A stretch of 64,000 nt of DNA from Lophium mytilinum (lineage: Eukaryota), in contig MU004181.1 of NCBI GenBank assembly GCA_010093605.1, positions 1,178,001 through 1,242,000 of the forward strand, read 5' to 3'. The notes below the pieces were generated by a model. The model was not told where the DNA came from. It did no database searches and saw only the letters and a list, made by a program, of their open reading frames with translations. Position numbers and translations under genes: made by a program. How positions within the stretch are numbered: position 1 is the first letter of the stretch; each line of letters starts with the position of its first letter. Shown one piece after another: positions 36,826-50,124 of this stretch.

Positions 36826-37754
36826 ATGGTCTCCACGCGCCACCACCCCCGCGAGTTCCCACCGCCCGCCCTCGGCGCCTCGCCCACGAAGTCGCCCACC
36901 AAATCCTCGCGCAACTCAACCTCGTCGCCGACCCCGAGCTCGCCCTCGACGCCGTCGCAATCCCTGACGAAGCGCGCACTCACAAACTCCAAAGCCGCGC
37001 CGCCCTCGCCCTCGCCCTCGTCCTCCCCGTTATGGGTGCACACGGCCTCAAACCTCACCGTCGCCTGGATCCTCGTGTCGCTGCCGCTCGTCATCTGGGA
37101 CGCGCTGTACTGCATACTGCGCCCGCACACCATGGCGGGCGGTGCGCTGCAATGGCCGATCTGGAAGCCCTACGAACTATACGCCTCGATCGACTATGTG
37201 TACGGCTGGCCGGCGTGGGAAGCGCGTGACGGGTTCACGGCGGCGCAGGCGTGGCTGAACATTGCCGAGACGATTGGGTACGGGCTGTACCTGATGATTA
37301 TCTACGACCACGGGGCGTCGGCGGCTGGGGGCAGGGGCGTGCAGCTGGGGAAGGGGGTTGAGGGGTGGTTTGCGGGCGGGCGCAAGGTGGAGGGGCGGCC
37401 GGCGAGTAGGGCCGTGGTGATTGCGTTTGCGGCGAGTGTGATGACGGCGAGTAAGACGGTGTTGTATTTTTTGAATGAGGCGGGGTCGGGGTTCAAGAAT
37501 GTGGGGCATAATGAGTGGGTGGTGTTGATTCCGCTGTATATTGTTATGAAGTAAGTTGGTTTCCTTTGTTTGGTGGCTTGGTTGGGGGTGGTTTACTGGA
37601 TTGGACTGCGTTGGGATGGATTAGATTGCTAACTTATGTGTTTGGTAGTGGGCTATGGTTTATCATGTCGTTCTACATGACATACATCTTTGGCGCTGAG
37701 ATCATTGAAGGCCTCGACGCTGCATCAGGGGCTGATTCCAAGAAGGATCAATAG
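36826..37754 (+). CDS. EXPERA / emopamil-binding-protein-like membrane protein
   Basis: LVIWDALYCILRPHTM, WPIWKPYELYASIDYVYG, GFTAAQ and TASKTVLY, with four hydrophobic helices. Intron after ..YIVM (GTAAGT..GCTAAC..TAG); stop at 37752-37754. Confidence 0.75.
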
Positions 37755-37987
37755 TTGTCTGTGTACATATGAGTCTGCTCTATACACAGGCATTGGATGA
37801 CACGAGGACGAAAGGGAAAGCGCTGGAAAGTACACGGCATTTCATGAATACAATGACAGTGGCCAATCAGCCAATTTTCTCATTCGCAACGAACGACTAT
37901 GCAAAGTGAAGTAGAAATTTCGCAGATACTAAAAGGAGCTCTATATTTATTACGCCGATAAGCGATGCAGGAAACATGAAAACATTA

Positions 37988-38992
37988 TCATAAGCTTTTC
38001 TCAACCTCCATAATCTCTTTAATACCGTCTGCCACGGCCTGAGTCTGCTCCTTGCTCAGCCTCTTCAACGGACGTCGGGGATAACCGCCATAGCCGTAGT
38101 ACGACTGTAGTGCTGATTTGGTACCTGGGATGGCCGCCTTGGTGAGCACCCAGTCTCCTTTACTCAGCACTTTCTGCAGCGCCAAAGCTTCGTCGTACTT
38201 CCCCTCGGCCCAAAGATTCCAGACCTTGACGCAGGTCTTGGGAAGGACGTTGGCGCCACCAGCTATGATACCTGAGCCTCCACTGGCAGCCGTCTGTGCT
38301 GTGAAGTCTGCCATGCCGCCGAATGCCATATAGCCACTGCCTTCTGATTTAGCAGTGAGGGCGTTGGTAGCCAAGGCCACTCGTGTGAGCTTCCCGGTGT
38401 TTCCGCAGGTAAACTTGGTCCCGATGATATTTGGGTGCTTTGCTAGCTTGATGATCATGTCGCTGTCCAAGTCGATGCCAGCAACTGCGCCTGGGTAGTT
38501 GTAGAGTATGATTGGTAGTGGTGAGCCATCAGCCACCTTTGTGAAGTATTCGTAAAGCGCGGCCTCGTCCATAGCATACCGGTAATAGCTAGGTGAAACG
38601 AGAAGCACGTATTCGCCGCCTGCTGCCGCGGAATGTTTGCATAGCTCAATAGTTCCTCGGATGCTCTGTTCAGAGGCTCCCACAATGACAGGGACGTTTT
38701 GGTAGCCCGCTTCGTCGAGTGCTTCGCGAGTTGCCTTTGTAATAGCGGTTTTCTCAGAAAGGGACAGATGGACAGCTTCGCCATTTGATCCCATTGTGAC
38801 AAGACCGACGAGGCCGGCTTCAGCAAGACGCACGGCGTGCTTACGGATCGTCGGCAGGTCGAGATCCTCGGTTTCTGGGTCAAAGAAGGTCATAGTCGGC
38901 GAATATATCCCATGACGCAGCGGCGTGCGGGTTTTGGCAAGTCCATTGGCACTTCCGTTCGCGTGACCGTTTGCTACTCCGTTCGAAGCCAT
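37988..38992 (-). CDS. gaaC: L-threo-3-deoxy-hexulosonate (2-keto-3-deoxy-L-galactonate) aldolase, DHDPS family
   Basis: DHDPS-fold motifs GSNGEAVHL, LYNYPG and IIGTKFTCGNTGKLTR; divergent from a Gfo/Idh/MocA reductase, as in the known gaaA-gaaC pair. Confidence 0.9.
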   Translation of the reverse strand: MASNGVANGHANGSANGLAKTRTPLRHGIYSPTMTFFDPETEDLDLPTIRKHAVRLAEAGLVGLVTMGSNGEAVHLSLSEKTAITKATREALDEAGYQNVPVIVGASEQSIRGTIELCKHSAAAGGEYVLLVSPSYYRYAMDEAALYEYFTKVADGSPLPIILYNYPGAVAGIDLDSDMIIKLAKHPNIIGTKFTCGNTGKLTRVALATNALTAKSEGSGYMAFGGMADFTAQTAASGGSGIIAGGANVLPKTCVKVWNLWAEGKYDEALALQKVLSKGDWVLTKAAIPGTKSALQSYYGYGGYPRRPLKRLSKEQTQAVADGIKEIMEVEKSL

Positions 38993-39446
38993 GCTGCTGA
39001 TATTTAGAAGAATATGGTGCGTTGGGAAAGCGATTGAGGGGCAAGAAATAAGACTGATGAGGAATACGTGGTGAGGATCGGGGATGATTCAGAGCTCAGA
39101 AAACGAAGCCGGTAAGCATTAATATAGCGGGCTCTATGGAGAGACGCGGGATTGGGCTGCCTTTGACTAACCCGAGGCCGACACACTATCCCACCTCACG
39201 GATTCTTTCCCCATTCTTTTCCTCAACCACTGCTCAACAACGGCCCTTATTCGCATGCAAGAAGGCTGGAAGACGGCAGAACATGCCATATGCAGAGCGC
39301 CGGCTAGACCTTAGTAGCATCGCACAGCGAAGAGGGGCCCGCGAGTGGGCGGCGCGGGGGATGTTGCGGGCTTTCTCAAGTGAATTGACTAACATCAACA
39401 AGAGGTGCGGTGGTGAGAGAGGTGCTCGGCCGCCGGGAGAATTAAT

Positions 39447-39455
39447 TCCACCAAT
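39447..39455 (+). promoter_or_regulatory. Galacturonic-acid-responsive element (GARE, TCCnCCAAT) in the bidirectional gaaC/gaaA promoter
   Basis: Exact TCCACCAAT at 39447-39455 between the two divergent start codons. Confidence 0.75.
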
Positions 39456-39733
39456 CGCGCCCGCTTCTCCACACGCACTTCTGCCACGGAGAAAGTCCCG
39501 GCAAAATGTTCTCTAATGGCTCCAGAGAGTAAGTAGCTAAATTGCCTCCCTCGAGCGGCCCGGTGCTAGCTAGCATATTTCTCCGCCTTCGAAACCCTGA
39601 CGTCTTGCTGAGCTCCCACGACGCGCCATGTCGACACGCGCTGCTCCCCACTTCTACTGCACTCTCCATATCACACTCTACGATCCAGATTGACAATTTC
39701 AATTGACCTTCTATCTGCTGCCATTTCGAAACC

Positions 39734-41084
39734 ATGGCTCCTCTTGAAGTGTTGATGGTCGGAACCGGGGAGTACACGACAGGCTTCGTGGGCGGGGGCA
39801 TGTCGGGATCAGACAAGAAATTGGGCGTTGTTGGGCTAACACTCTTCGATCTGAGGCGACGGGGGAAAGTTGGGAAGCTCTCCATGGTGGGAGTCTCTGG
39901 CAACAAGTTCCCAGCGATTCGTAAGGCCTCGCCACGCAAAGGCAGCACCCAATAGACACTGAGAGCAGACACAGGCGAGCATTTGGAAACAAACATAAAA
40001 AACGTCTACAACGGCCTTGATGTTGCGTTCGAGGAGTTTCCGAAGGAAGGTAAACGGGACCCAGACTCCTACAAAACCGCCATCGATGCTTTGCCCAAAG
40101 GCAGCGCCATCACCATCTTCACCCCAGATACCACCCACTACCCAATTGCTCTCTACGCAATCGAGCGAGGCATCCATGTGCTCATCACCAAGCCAGCTGT
40201 CAAGCTTCTTGAACACCACCAGAAGCTGCAAGAAGCTGCCCACAAGCACAATGTGTTCGTATATGTAGAGCACCACAAACGCTACGACCCTGCCTACGCA
40301 GACGCGCGGTATAGAGCCCAGAAGCTCGGAGACTTCAACTACTTCTACAGCTACATGAGCCAGCCGAAGAGCCAGCTGGAGACGTTCAAAGCGTGGGCTG
40401 GGGTCGACAGCGACATCTCATACTACCTCAATTCCCATCACATCGACGTGAACGAGTCCATGGTGCCGGATTTCAAGCCTGTCAAAGTGACAGCAAGCGC
40501 TGCGGAGGGAATAGCAACAGATCTCGGTTGCGCGGCAGGTACAGAGGATACCATCACATTGCTAGTAGACTGGGTCAAGAAGGATGACCCTAAACGGCGG
40601 GCAACGGGCGTCTATACAGCAAGCTGGACGGCTCCGCAGAAGGCTGGTGTGCATTCGAACCAGTACTTCCACTACATGGCGAGCAAAGGCGAGGTTAGGG
40701 TAAACCAAGCTAAGCGTGGGTACGATGTAACTGACGACGAAGGGGGCTTGCTCTGGTACAATCCGTAAGTCATACGAAGCCCGCTATTTCCGCTGAGTCG
40801 ATGCTGAAAAGCGAACCAGGTTCTATATGAAGTACGCACCTGATGAGGAAGGCAATTTCGCGGGTCAGACTGGGTACGGGTATATCTCTTTTGAGAAATT
40901 TGTAGACGCAGTGAACGGCCTGAACGCTGGAAAGGTTACCTTGGATGAGCTAGACAAACGTCCTCTACCGACATTGAAGAACACAATAGCCACGGGCGCT
41001 ATTCTGGAAGCTGGAAGACGGTCACTGGATGAGAAGAGACCGATTGAAATTGTGGAGGAGGCCGGTGTCTGGTCACTGAAGTGA
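39734..41084 (+). CDS. gaaA: D-galacturonate reductase (Gfo/Idh/MocA family)
   Basis: [77 protein letters not shown]; two introns (~39921-39973, ~40765-40819). Confidence 0.92.
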
Positions 41085-41632
41085 GTGATGCAAAAAATCG
41101 ATGAGAAGGCGCATACTTGAAACGTGAGGGGTCAATCAAGCAACTGCAACTAATGAGATTGTACTCATGGTTGATCTAAGTGGCACATAAGTGGAAAGAT
41201 ACTGAGGCATCTAATGTGAAGAGGTACATATGTATATCCAAGAATGAGAAGTTCATTGGAGCGCCGGCAAATCAGTCAGTGGGCGTAACAATACCTAGAG
41301 CTATGTGCCTTACTGGAGATCAGCGAGGAACTCATTCACATGATCAGGAGCCTCGTGTCGGTGAATGCGGGACTCATATCGCTGATCTAGCAGCCCTACA
41401 AGAATGCCGGGGTGCATCTTGATAGACGCTCGGACCAGCGGTTTGCTAGACGTCAATCTTGCTCTTACCCACTTTTTCCCCCTCAACCTTGCAGCATCGC
41501 GGTCTAGCCTTATGTACTGACGTCAAGCCTCCAAGCAAGGAAACGCGACTAGGTGATCGCGGTCCGTGTCCTTGGACAGTAGCATACATACTGACTATTT
41601 CAGCCTCCTCTCAGAAGAAACTATCTCAAAGC

Positions 41633-42182
41633 ATGTCGGCCCTCCTCGTACTCCCACCCGCCACCCTATCGCTCGTCTCGGCGTACGGGCTGTACCACTC
41701 GTACCAATGCATCGTCAAGCTACGCCAGTACGAAGAGAAGTCGGAGAAAGCAGCCGAATATTCCAACACGGCAGCAGAGCAGCTCCATAAGACGCGAACC
41801 ACGCAGGGCAGTGCAGCTATATCGGTACGCTAACCTCTGAGAACTGTGGCTGGCTTCTACCCCGAATAGTGGAGCTTATACCGATCCAGCAGCTTGGCTA
41901 ATAATCATTTTCATTTAGATCATCGTCTCCTTCCTTTCCTCAACTGCCCTGGTCTTCGCCTCGCCCTCAACCACCACGGCCGTCCTCGCCAGCGCCGTAA
42001 ATCTCGCGGCGACTTTGGCTGCTCGTGTCCACGTGAAGAACTTCTGGGACAACAAGGCCAAAGTGCCGTTCACTACGGGCTATAACGAGGCGATATCTGG
42101 CACGGCCGAGCTGGTGAAAGTGTTGGGCATACTGGGCGGCGTATGGGCAGTGGAACTGGTTGGGGCAGGGCTTGGGTTCTAA
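41633..42182 (+). CDS. Small multi-pass membrane protein of unknown function (2 exons)
   Basis: Exon 1 MSALLVLPP..LHKTRTTQGSAAIS; intron GTACGC..GCTAAT..TAG ends 41918. Exon 2 IIVSFLSST..HVKNFWDNKAKVPFTTGYNEAI..GF, stop 42180-42182. Confidence 0.8.
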
Positions 42183-43260
42183 TATGTAGCCTGTTGTACT
42201 GATCGAGCGATGATATATCTTAAATCGTGAATCCTTACTCATCCTAGCAGCACCCGTGACTTGATGCTGGAGATTGGCTGTGGCAAGTGGTCTACCAGAA
42301 CCGATGAGCGTACACACATATATTACCTCTCGCTGATGAACATAGTTTCAACCCACTGAACCTATACAAAACGTGACTCGAGGTACCGTTTGGCAGAGTA
42401 GGCAAATGCAAACTCTGTACACTCGAGTCACGCGTGCACACCGCACACGGCCAGGGTGATTTATGCCCTAGTGTCCAGGTGGCATCCGCGACGCCCCAAA
42501 ATCGTGGCGCAAGAGGGCGGAATAGCGCATCTGACCCTCACATAATGGCGCAAATCTCTGCCCCAGACAGACGCCTTCGACGAGGCAGAGGGTCGCACAA
42601 ATAAAAACATGTCCTCGCTCATTTCGCATCTCCAGAAGCCAGCCAGGAGGGATGCGCTGGGGCCCGTGGCGGACAAGCTGCCAGATGCCGTGGGATTGTC
42701 CGTATTGATGGGCGCGTCGCCAGCGAGAGCAGGCCAGTAGAGATCGACCAGATCAGCGGAGGGCTGACAGTAGCGCCGTGAGGCGTGGAGGCGTGGAGGC
42801 CGCCTGTGCAGGGCTTCCCTCACCGGCAGGCCGGAGTTGCGAGGACACTTGTCGATGAATAGAAGGAATCCCATCCCCCCAGCGGCGTGGTGTTGCTCCT
42901 CTGCTCCTCTGCTAAAGCCTCAGTCTGCAGTCTCCGTCTTCGTACCGCGTCCAACAGCTCGAACCGCGGTCGAGGACTCCCGACGGCGCGTGTGCTAAAG
43001 GGTTCAACGGCCAGGCGCACCTTGGAAAGCTGTCACCGCCAAGCGGTTTCATCCTGGCTGCGGGCGCTTGTTCGACCTAACTAGGGCCCAGCCTCATACC
43101 GCTCTCCTCCTCCCTCGACTTCCTCTCTTCTACCCTCGACTGCTACCGTCTGCTTCCGCCTCACGTCGCCTGCGCATGGTGACTGTCGCGCTCCATCGCT
43201 CCAGCACGGTTCGCTGCCGTCGGAACTCGCCCCTCCACCAGCTGAACCTCTGCCGCGCCC

Positions 43261-46200
43261 ATGAACAACCAAAACTTCGCCAACATGATGCCCAACGGCG
43301 GCATGCGGCCGCAGATGCAGCTGCAACAGATCGCTTTGAATCATTATCGCAACCAGCAATCTCCGCCGGGCTGGCAGCAGGCTTGTCCACCCGACGAGCG
43401 AGCCCGACTAGCGACTCAAATGTATGTCGACACTTTCACTTCTCTCCCGGTGACCTCGTCCCCGCCACGTCACCTCCGCCCAAACCTTCTCACTCGCACG
43501 CTCCAGCCCATGCTAATGCTTTCACTCCCACAGGTCTACATACTACCGTCTCCTGAAATCCGACGCCTCGGACCAAGAGGTTATTGCCTGGGGCATCCGC
43601 ACTGAGACCGACCGATTCCTCCAGTCCGTGTCCAAGGAGGAGTACCACACCACCATGAAGCAGCGCTTCTTGCAGCTCCAGCAGGCCAGGCAGCGTAACG
43701 CCGACATGCTGCAGCAAGGAAACAATATGGGTCAGCAGCAAATGATGATGGGAGGAGGCAACCTTCAGATCCCCCGACAAGGTCAAGGCGCCCAGATGTC
43801 GCAAGGCTTTCCGAACCCACAGCTCCAGCGTCCGATGCAGGCCTCGCCGATACCGATGAACACACCCCAGTCGTCCATGGGCAGCGAGAATCCAAACCAG
43901 TTCGCCCACCAGCAACCAGCTCCTCAGCCAAACATGCAGCGGGGCCCCCAGCAAGGACAGAATGTGGACAACGAGCGCATCAATGCACTGGCACAGAGGA
44001 TGATGACAAGCGCCACCCCTGATATGAAAGAGTGTTGTAATGCACAGCTCGGAACGCTACCCATGGAGAAGCTACAGCAGATCAGGGCCCGTGGCATCGA
44101 CCCGCTCTACTTTATATTTCGCCAGGAGGCCGCCCGGGTGTATCAGAAGCAGAAGGAAGCGGTGCAAAGAGGCCAAGGCAACATGCAAGGGGCCCGTCCA
44201 ATGCAACCAGGCCAGGCCAACCAAATGCCTGGACAGCAACTACCTACCTCGCAAAGCCAGATCGGGGCGGTGAATAGCCAAGAGTTTGATTATGCCCAGC
44301 TCGCTGGCCAGCAAGCCGAAGCTCTCCGAGTGCAGGACCAAGGCCAGGTAGTTGTTCCTGCGAGCAATAACATGAACACCAACCCGGCCATGGGGCAATT
44401 TGGACCAAACGGTGCACCCCAAGCTGGTCAAGCGCCCCAGCCCCCCCAAGGCCAGAACGGGATGGCTCAGCGGCATGCCTTTGCTCAAGCTCAAGCTCAA
44501 GCGCAGGCTCAGACCCACGCACGGAATGCTCAGGCACAGGCGCAAGCACAGGCACAGCAAGCTCGCGCTCAGCAGCAGGCCCAACAACAGGCTCAGGCCC
44601 AACAACAAGCCCAACAACAAGCTTCGCAGGGACAGGCTCAACAGCAGATGATGTTGCGGGGTCAGGTCGGCGGGCTGAACATGCCACAGGGCCCCCAGCA
44701 AAGTCCTGCGATGCCGTTCCTCACGCGGCCCATGGCTCCCCCGGGCCAACAGGGCAGCTCTACTCCTCAGCCAAGGCCACAGCCACACGTGCCCCAGATG
44801 ACGCCGCAGAACCAGACACCCATAAACCCCAACGCAATCGACCCGCAAGTCGCCGCCCGTCTAGTTCAGCAGGTTCAAAACAGGGCTGCTGCGGCCAACG
44901 GTCAACCAATGACACAACAACAGAGAGCGTCTCTTTTACCCCCAAACATCCCGCTTCAGGCTAGACAGCACATCATGAACCTCCCCGATGACCAGTTCCG
45001 TTCGATCCTCCATAAAATGCTTAACCGTGGACCGGGCAATCCGGCGCAGAATCCTGCACTTCCAGGTAACCCTCTACAGATGGGGCAAATGGGTCAAATG
45101 GGTCAGAATGGCCTGCCCATGAACTCGCAGCCTTTTCCGATGGGTCTGCAGAACCAGCAGTTTCCTAACGCAGGGAATCTGAACGCTCAACAGCAAATGC
45201 GACTCGCCCAGCAGAACCCGGGTGCCTTGAATCCTCAGCAGCTTCAAATGTTGCAACAGCACAAACAACAGCAGCAGCAGCATCAACAACAGCAGAGAGT
45301 GCAGCAAGCGACTTTAGCATTGCGGACCAACCCGCAGATCATCAACGAAACTGATTCAAAACCGTTCCCGCAAAGTCTAGTGAACGGCAGCATGAGGCAG
45401 CATGTCCCACCAGAGGTAAAAACATGGGCGCAGTTGAAGGAGTGGGTCAGCCGCAATCCCAACCTGGCTCCGAATCTTGATCCACAGAAACTGCTTCTAC
45501 TCCAAGCAATGCACTTCCTGGACTCTATTCAGCAGCAGCAGCGCATGAATGGTCAACAAGGTCCTCCGCAGCCAAACAATAACGCGCTGGCCCCAACACC
45601 ACAACCCGGTGGACAAGCACCACTCGCGAGAATGGTGTCGAATGGAGGCCCCCAACCACCCATGCCAGCTCGAAACGCACCTCAAATGATGCCTGGCATG
45701 GGACCAATACAGCCCGTGACCCCACAAGAGCTGCAGTTCTATCGACAGAAGCTCAATCCGCAACAGGCCGGAGTCAGTGATGACCAGCTTCGACAGTACA
45801 TCAATCAGCAACGGGTCAGCCACGCTCAGAAAATGCACGCAGCGCAACAGCTACAGGCCGCTCAATCAGTTCAACCGCCAATGCACGTGCAGCCTCAGCA
45901 GACACCGCGCCCTCCAATGCCGGCTGCTCAGACATCAGCGTCACGGGTACCCACCAGAGCACCGCAGCCACCAAAACCTGCCGCCCAGCCACAGAACGGC
46001 AACAGACAGGGCGTCAAGCGTGCACACGATGAAATCATTGACGTCTCTGGTCCTAGCAGCACTGCTGCTATGCCAGCACCTCAAGCACCCGCGATGGTGC
46101 CGTCTCGATCGCAGCAAACCCCCCTTAACCTGACTCCTGAGCAAATGCGGTTACAGCAGCAACAGAAAGCCCAGGCTAACACCCAGGCCAACAGGGCCCA

Positions 46201-48024
46201 GCCTCCGAACGGCACACAAGGCCCTCCTCCTGGCCAAGACCCGAAGTTTCAAGGAATGTTGGCAGAAGTTACCAACTCACTTGCACGAGAGCCACCAAAG
46301 TCGCTCTCGCCACAGGACCGAGCCCAGATGCAGCAATGGGTCTCTGACCATATCGCACATATCAAAAAGATGGACCCCTGTCTGAAGTACTTCATGGTGT
46401 ATGCCGAGGGAACAGAGAACAATAGACGGGTAATGAGACAAATGATGGAAACTGTAAGTTGAGCACCCATCAGCATCGTATCGTCAAACTGACCCAGTAT
46501 TAGCGCGTAACCATCTGGCGGCAACTCGCCAAAGACGGAAGCCTCGCTGAGCAGGTAACAGTGACAAAGGACCAGTTCCAGAAGCACCTGCACCAGATGG
46601 CAACCTTCATCTCTAAGATAGGACCCCGAATCCAGCAAGCCGCCCACGCCGCGCAGAAGCCTGCTTCGCAACAACCCCAGCAGCAACCCACTGAGGCACC
46701 ACAGTCCGAGTCAGCGCAACTGAACGCAGCCAATCTGAGGATTGTTGAACAGCAGGCAATACACCAACGGCAGAATGAAGTGCAGTCAATCAACCAACGG
46801 CACAACAACCTCAAGGCTCCGCCGCCTCCTACGACCGACAGACCGCCATTCCAGCTCGGCGCACAGTCTCCAAGAGGTGCCCCGCAGTACTTGAACGAGT
46901 CACAGGTCAACCCTAGCAATTTGAAAATACCGTCGAAGAAGAAGCAGAAGATGGATGTCGTTGGCAACCAAACGTCTACTCCTGCTCCGACCTCGTCACC
47001 CCATGTTGGAGGTATCAAGGGCATGACACCAGATATGAAGCGGCAGCAACAGCTTGAGAAACCAAGTGAGGCAAAGCCCACGTACAAGTGCCCAGATAGT
47101 TCGTGCGATTTCAGTATCCGCGGCTTCGATACCCCGGCTGAGCTTGATGCGCATTACAAGGAAGCGCATCCTAAAGTCGAGGACCCTCTCCTCTTTGCTC
47201 TCGAAAGCGCTAGAGTAGCATGCGCGCTTGACCAAGATGGTAACGAGAAAGCACCAAAGGTCGATGCTAGAGCTGCAAACCGTGGGATTCCCCCAAGCAG
47301 ATTGCCCCCTCACGCTACGAAGACTGGACAGACTCCGTCCATGAAGCAGGAGGTCAGCACTCCGGCGCAGTCTGCAGCTACTCCCATGGCACGTGTAGCC
47401 ACCCAGACCAGTGCGATGAGAGGCTCGCCTTCGACAAACTTGTTACGCACGCCTCAGACAGGTGCTAAAGTGGCGACCCCGAGCACCGGCCAGGGAGCGC
47501 GCGGCACGCCAATTAACTCAAAGGCTGATATCAAAGACACCATCAAGCCGACAGAGCGCGAGAAATCCCCAGATCCTTGGGCGTCCATGGCGTTCGATGA
47601 AGACACGGTGAGAGCGATGATTGATAGCATGGACATCCCCTACATGCGAGCAGAGCCTCCCAAGATCGAGGACGCTTCCTGGATACCGCGGTCCCTGGAG
47701 ACTTTAGAACTATCGCCTGCAACAACGCCGTCCTCTAGTAAAGATTCGACTTCTACACGAGACTCGGACATCTCTGAGACGGACAACTTGCAGATCGACG
47801 TCGTGATGGATGATGGCTTTGATCGGGATATATTTGGAGACCCTCTGCCCGAAATGACCATCCGGGAAGAGCTTCGTTTGCTAGGTCTAATTGACGACGG
47901 TATGGACGACTTCGATATGGATGGCGATGGAAAGAAAGAACTTCCTGCGCTCTCCTTTGAGAACATATTTGGCAAACTCCAGGGCGCCGAGGGGGAAGTC
48001 GACGCATGGGGTGCAGATTTCTAA
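43261..48024 (+). CDS. MED15: Mediator subunit Med15/Gal11-like coactivator
   Basis: KIX-like N-terminus (PPGWQQACPPDERARLATQ..SKEEYHTTMKQRF), long Q/P/M-rich region, VPPEVKTWAQLKEWV and LNAANL..LKAPPPPT..PPFQLGAQSPRGAPQY; introns near 43422-43533 and 46454-46503. Confidence 0.8.
44482..44650 (+). repeat. Coding poly-(QA)/polyQ tract in Med15
   Basis: gctcaa/gcgcag/gcacag repeats encoding AQAQAQAQAQ..QQAQQQAQAQQQAQQQ. Confidence 0.85.
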
Positions 48025-48950
48025 GTAACGTTTTGCCTTTCACATATGGGTTTTCAAGTGGGCTAGTGTCTCAATTTCTTTTCTGTTCTAATTGTATCAT
48101 GAATAGCATTGGCGCTTTTGGGCACACCGAATTCTTTGGGTTTTGGGTTCGAGATCTAGGATTTGCTGGAGAAAATTATAACGGACGGCCCGGGCTCGGA
48201 ATGGATGGTCTGGCGTGGATATCGGATTGCCCGGAGATTATACCCCATTTTCCTTTTTTTCCTACTCATGTATGCTTCTTCTATTCATGCTGCATTTACG
48301 CGGTGTTTTGCATATTTTTTGAAGAGGCCTTTACGAGAAGCTATAAACATTGTCTTATATATTGGATCTAAACTTCGGTGAAGTTCTTGACTTCCACTTG
48401 TCAGGAAGGGAATGAGATACGGACTGAAAGAGTCCTCGACGGTGATTAAATATGTCTATGCTAACAGACTCGATCCAACCAATCCGAAGGCCACGGAACT
48501 ACGAAGGCTACAACTTCAAGACTTACCTTGAATCTGTTATCCTCGTCTATGTAGTTTGTACGCGTAGCGGAAGAATTCGCGCAGACCCGAAGTAGAACGG
48601 ATCGCGTGCTCCTATGGTTATGTCTCTCTTACTTCTGGCTCGAACCACCAGTCCGACAGTCTGTAAAGGCTATTCTCTGGCTGATTCTGAATGTTTCGCA
48701 CGTGATTACCAAGTGCACGACCTTTGAGAAAAGTTATGAAAGTTACTGCTCAGTAAGCGGATGAGGCAGGTGCTGAAGAGATGGAAAGGTGGGGGATATT
48801 TAGCTATCACCGCTTGTCTGCTACCGACGAAGACGTCACCCTCCTTTGAACTCTATCGTAATCTCTTTTTCCACTTCTCTATTCGGAAAGAATACACACT
48901 TCCTTTCAGTTCAGTCTATCTAACTCTGTCGAATTGAGTTCATAGCGACA

Positions 48951-50084
48951 ATGTTTCACCCGCTCGCTTACTCCTACCAGCGTCTCGTCCAAATTACTTT
49001 CATTGCGCTATCATTAATAAATCCGATTGAAAGCCATTCAAAGAATCTGATAATCGATACCGATATCTTCAGCGATGTTGAGTTTGTCCTCCCTAGTCTC
49101 AAAAAACCAGTAACCCCGGCCCATTCGCTAACCACCTCAGTGACGCTGGCGCTCTCTTACTCGCATCCACATTACCGCACGTGAATCTCCTAGCTGTGAA
49201 TGTTAATTATCCTTCGTCGTACTCTGCCCTCGCCGCTTCTGCCATCTTAGCCTACTACGGTCACCCAGATGTACCAATCGGACTCCGCCGACCTATCACG
49301 AACGAGTCCTTCTTTGACGATTGGGCTTATGAGCTAGGCGAGTATACAAGCAAAGTTGCGTACCACTGGTCTAATGGAACCTTGCCCTGGGGAAATGCGA
49401 GCAAGTCGTGGGAGCCAGTGGAGCTTTATCGAAAGACGCTGGCGTGCCAGGCTGATGGGAGCGTTACGATTGCATCAATTGGGTTTTTGGAGAATGTATG
49501 TCTGACATTTCGGCGCAACTTTCATGTCTACTGGCTAATCACGTGGCTAGCTGTCGGCGCTCCTCAACTCTACTGCAGATAAGCACTCTCACTTATCCGG
49601 TCCAGACCTCGTTGCAGCAAAAGTGAGCAAACTCGTCGTCATGGGTGGTGGGTATCCGTCCGGATATGAGTTCAACTTCTTTGGCGACGATCCCGGAGTC
49701 ACTGCTCATGCTGTCAACAACTGGCCTGGCTCAATCACGTTCTCTGGGACCGAGTTAGGGGGCAATGTCTCTACCGGCGCTCGATTGACGGTCGAGGCCC
49801 CTGCACATGACCCCGTTGCTGCGGCGTATCGGTGGTACATAGGTTACAACAACACCCGGTTCTCATGGGATCCGCTGACAGTATTGTATGCAATTTCTGG
49901 GCTTGGGGAGTGGTTTGAGTATGGCAATACGTACGGATATAACTATGTTCATCCGAACGGCTCGAACGAATGGGGTTACGATGCGAAAAGAAAGGACCAG
50001 CACTGGCTGAAGTTGGCGGACAGCAACGTGACAGTTGCGCGAAAACTCGACAAACTATTTCTCGACGGTGCTAGAGCAGTTTGA
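48951..50084 (+). CDS. Inosine/uridine-preferring nucleoside hydrolase family protein, probably secreted
   Basis: Spliced KNLIIDTDIFSDVDDAGAL (Ca-binding Asp cluster); VTIASIGFLEN, LVVMGG, EFNF and SWDPLTVLYA; hydrophobic N-terminus; two introns. Confidence 0.88.
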
Positions 50085-50124
50085 TAGAATCGACGACAGT
50101 TTGTTCCTCTATGTAGAGCGGCCT

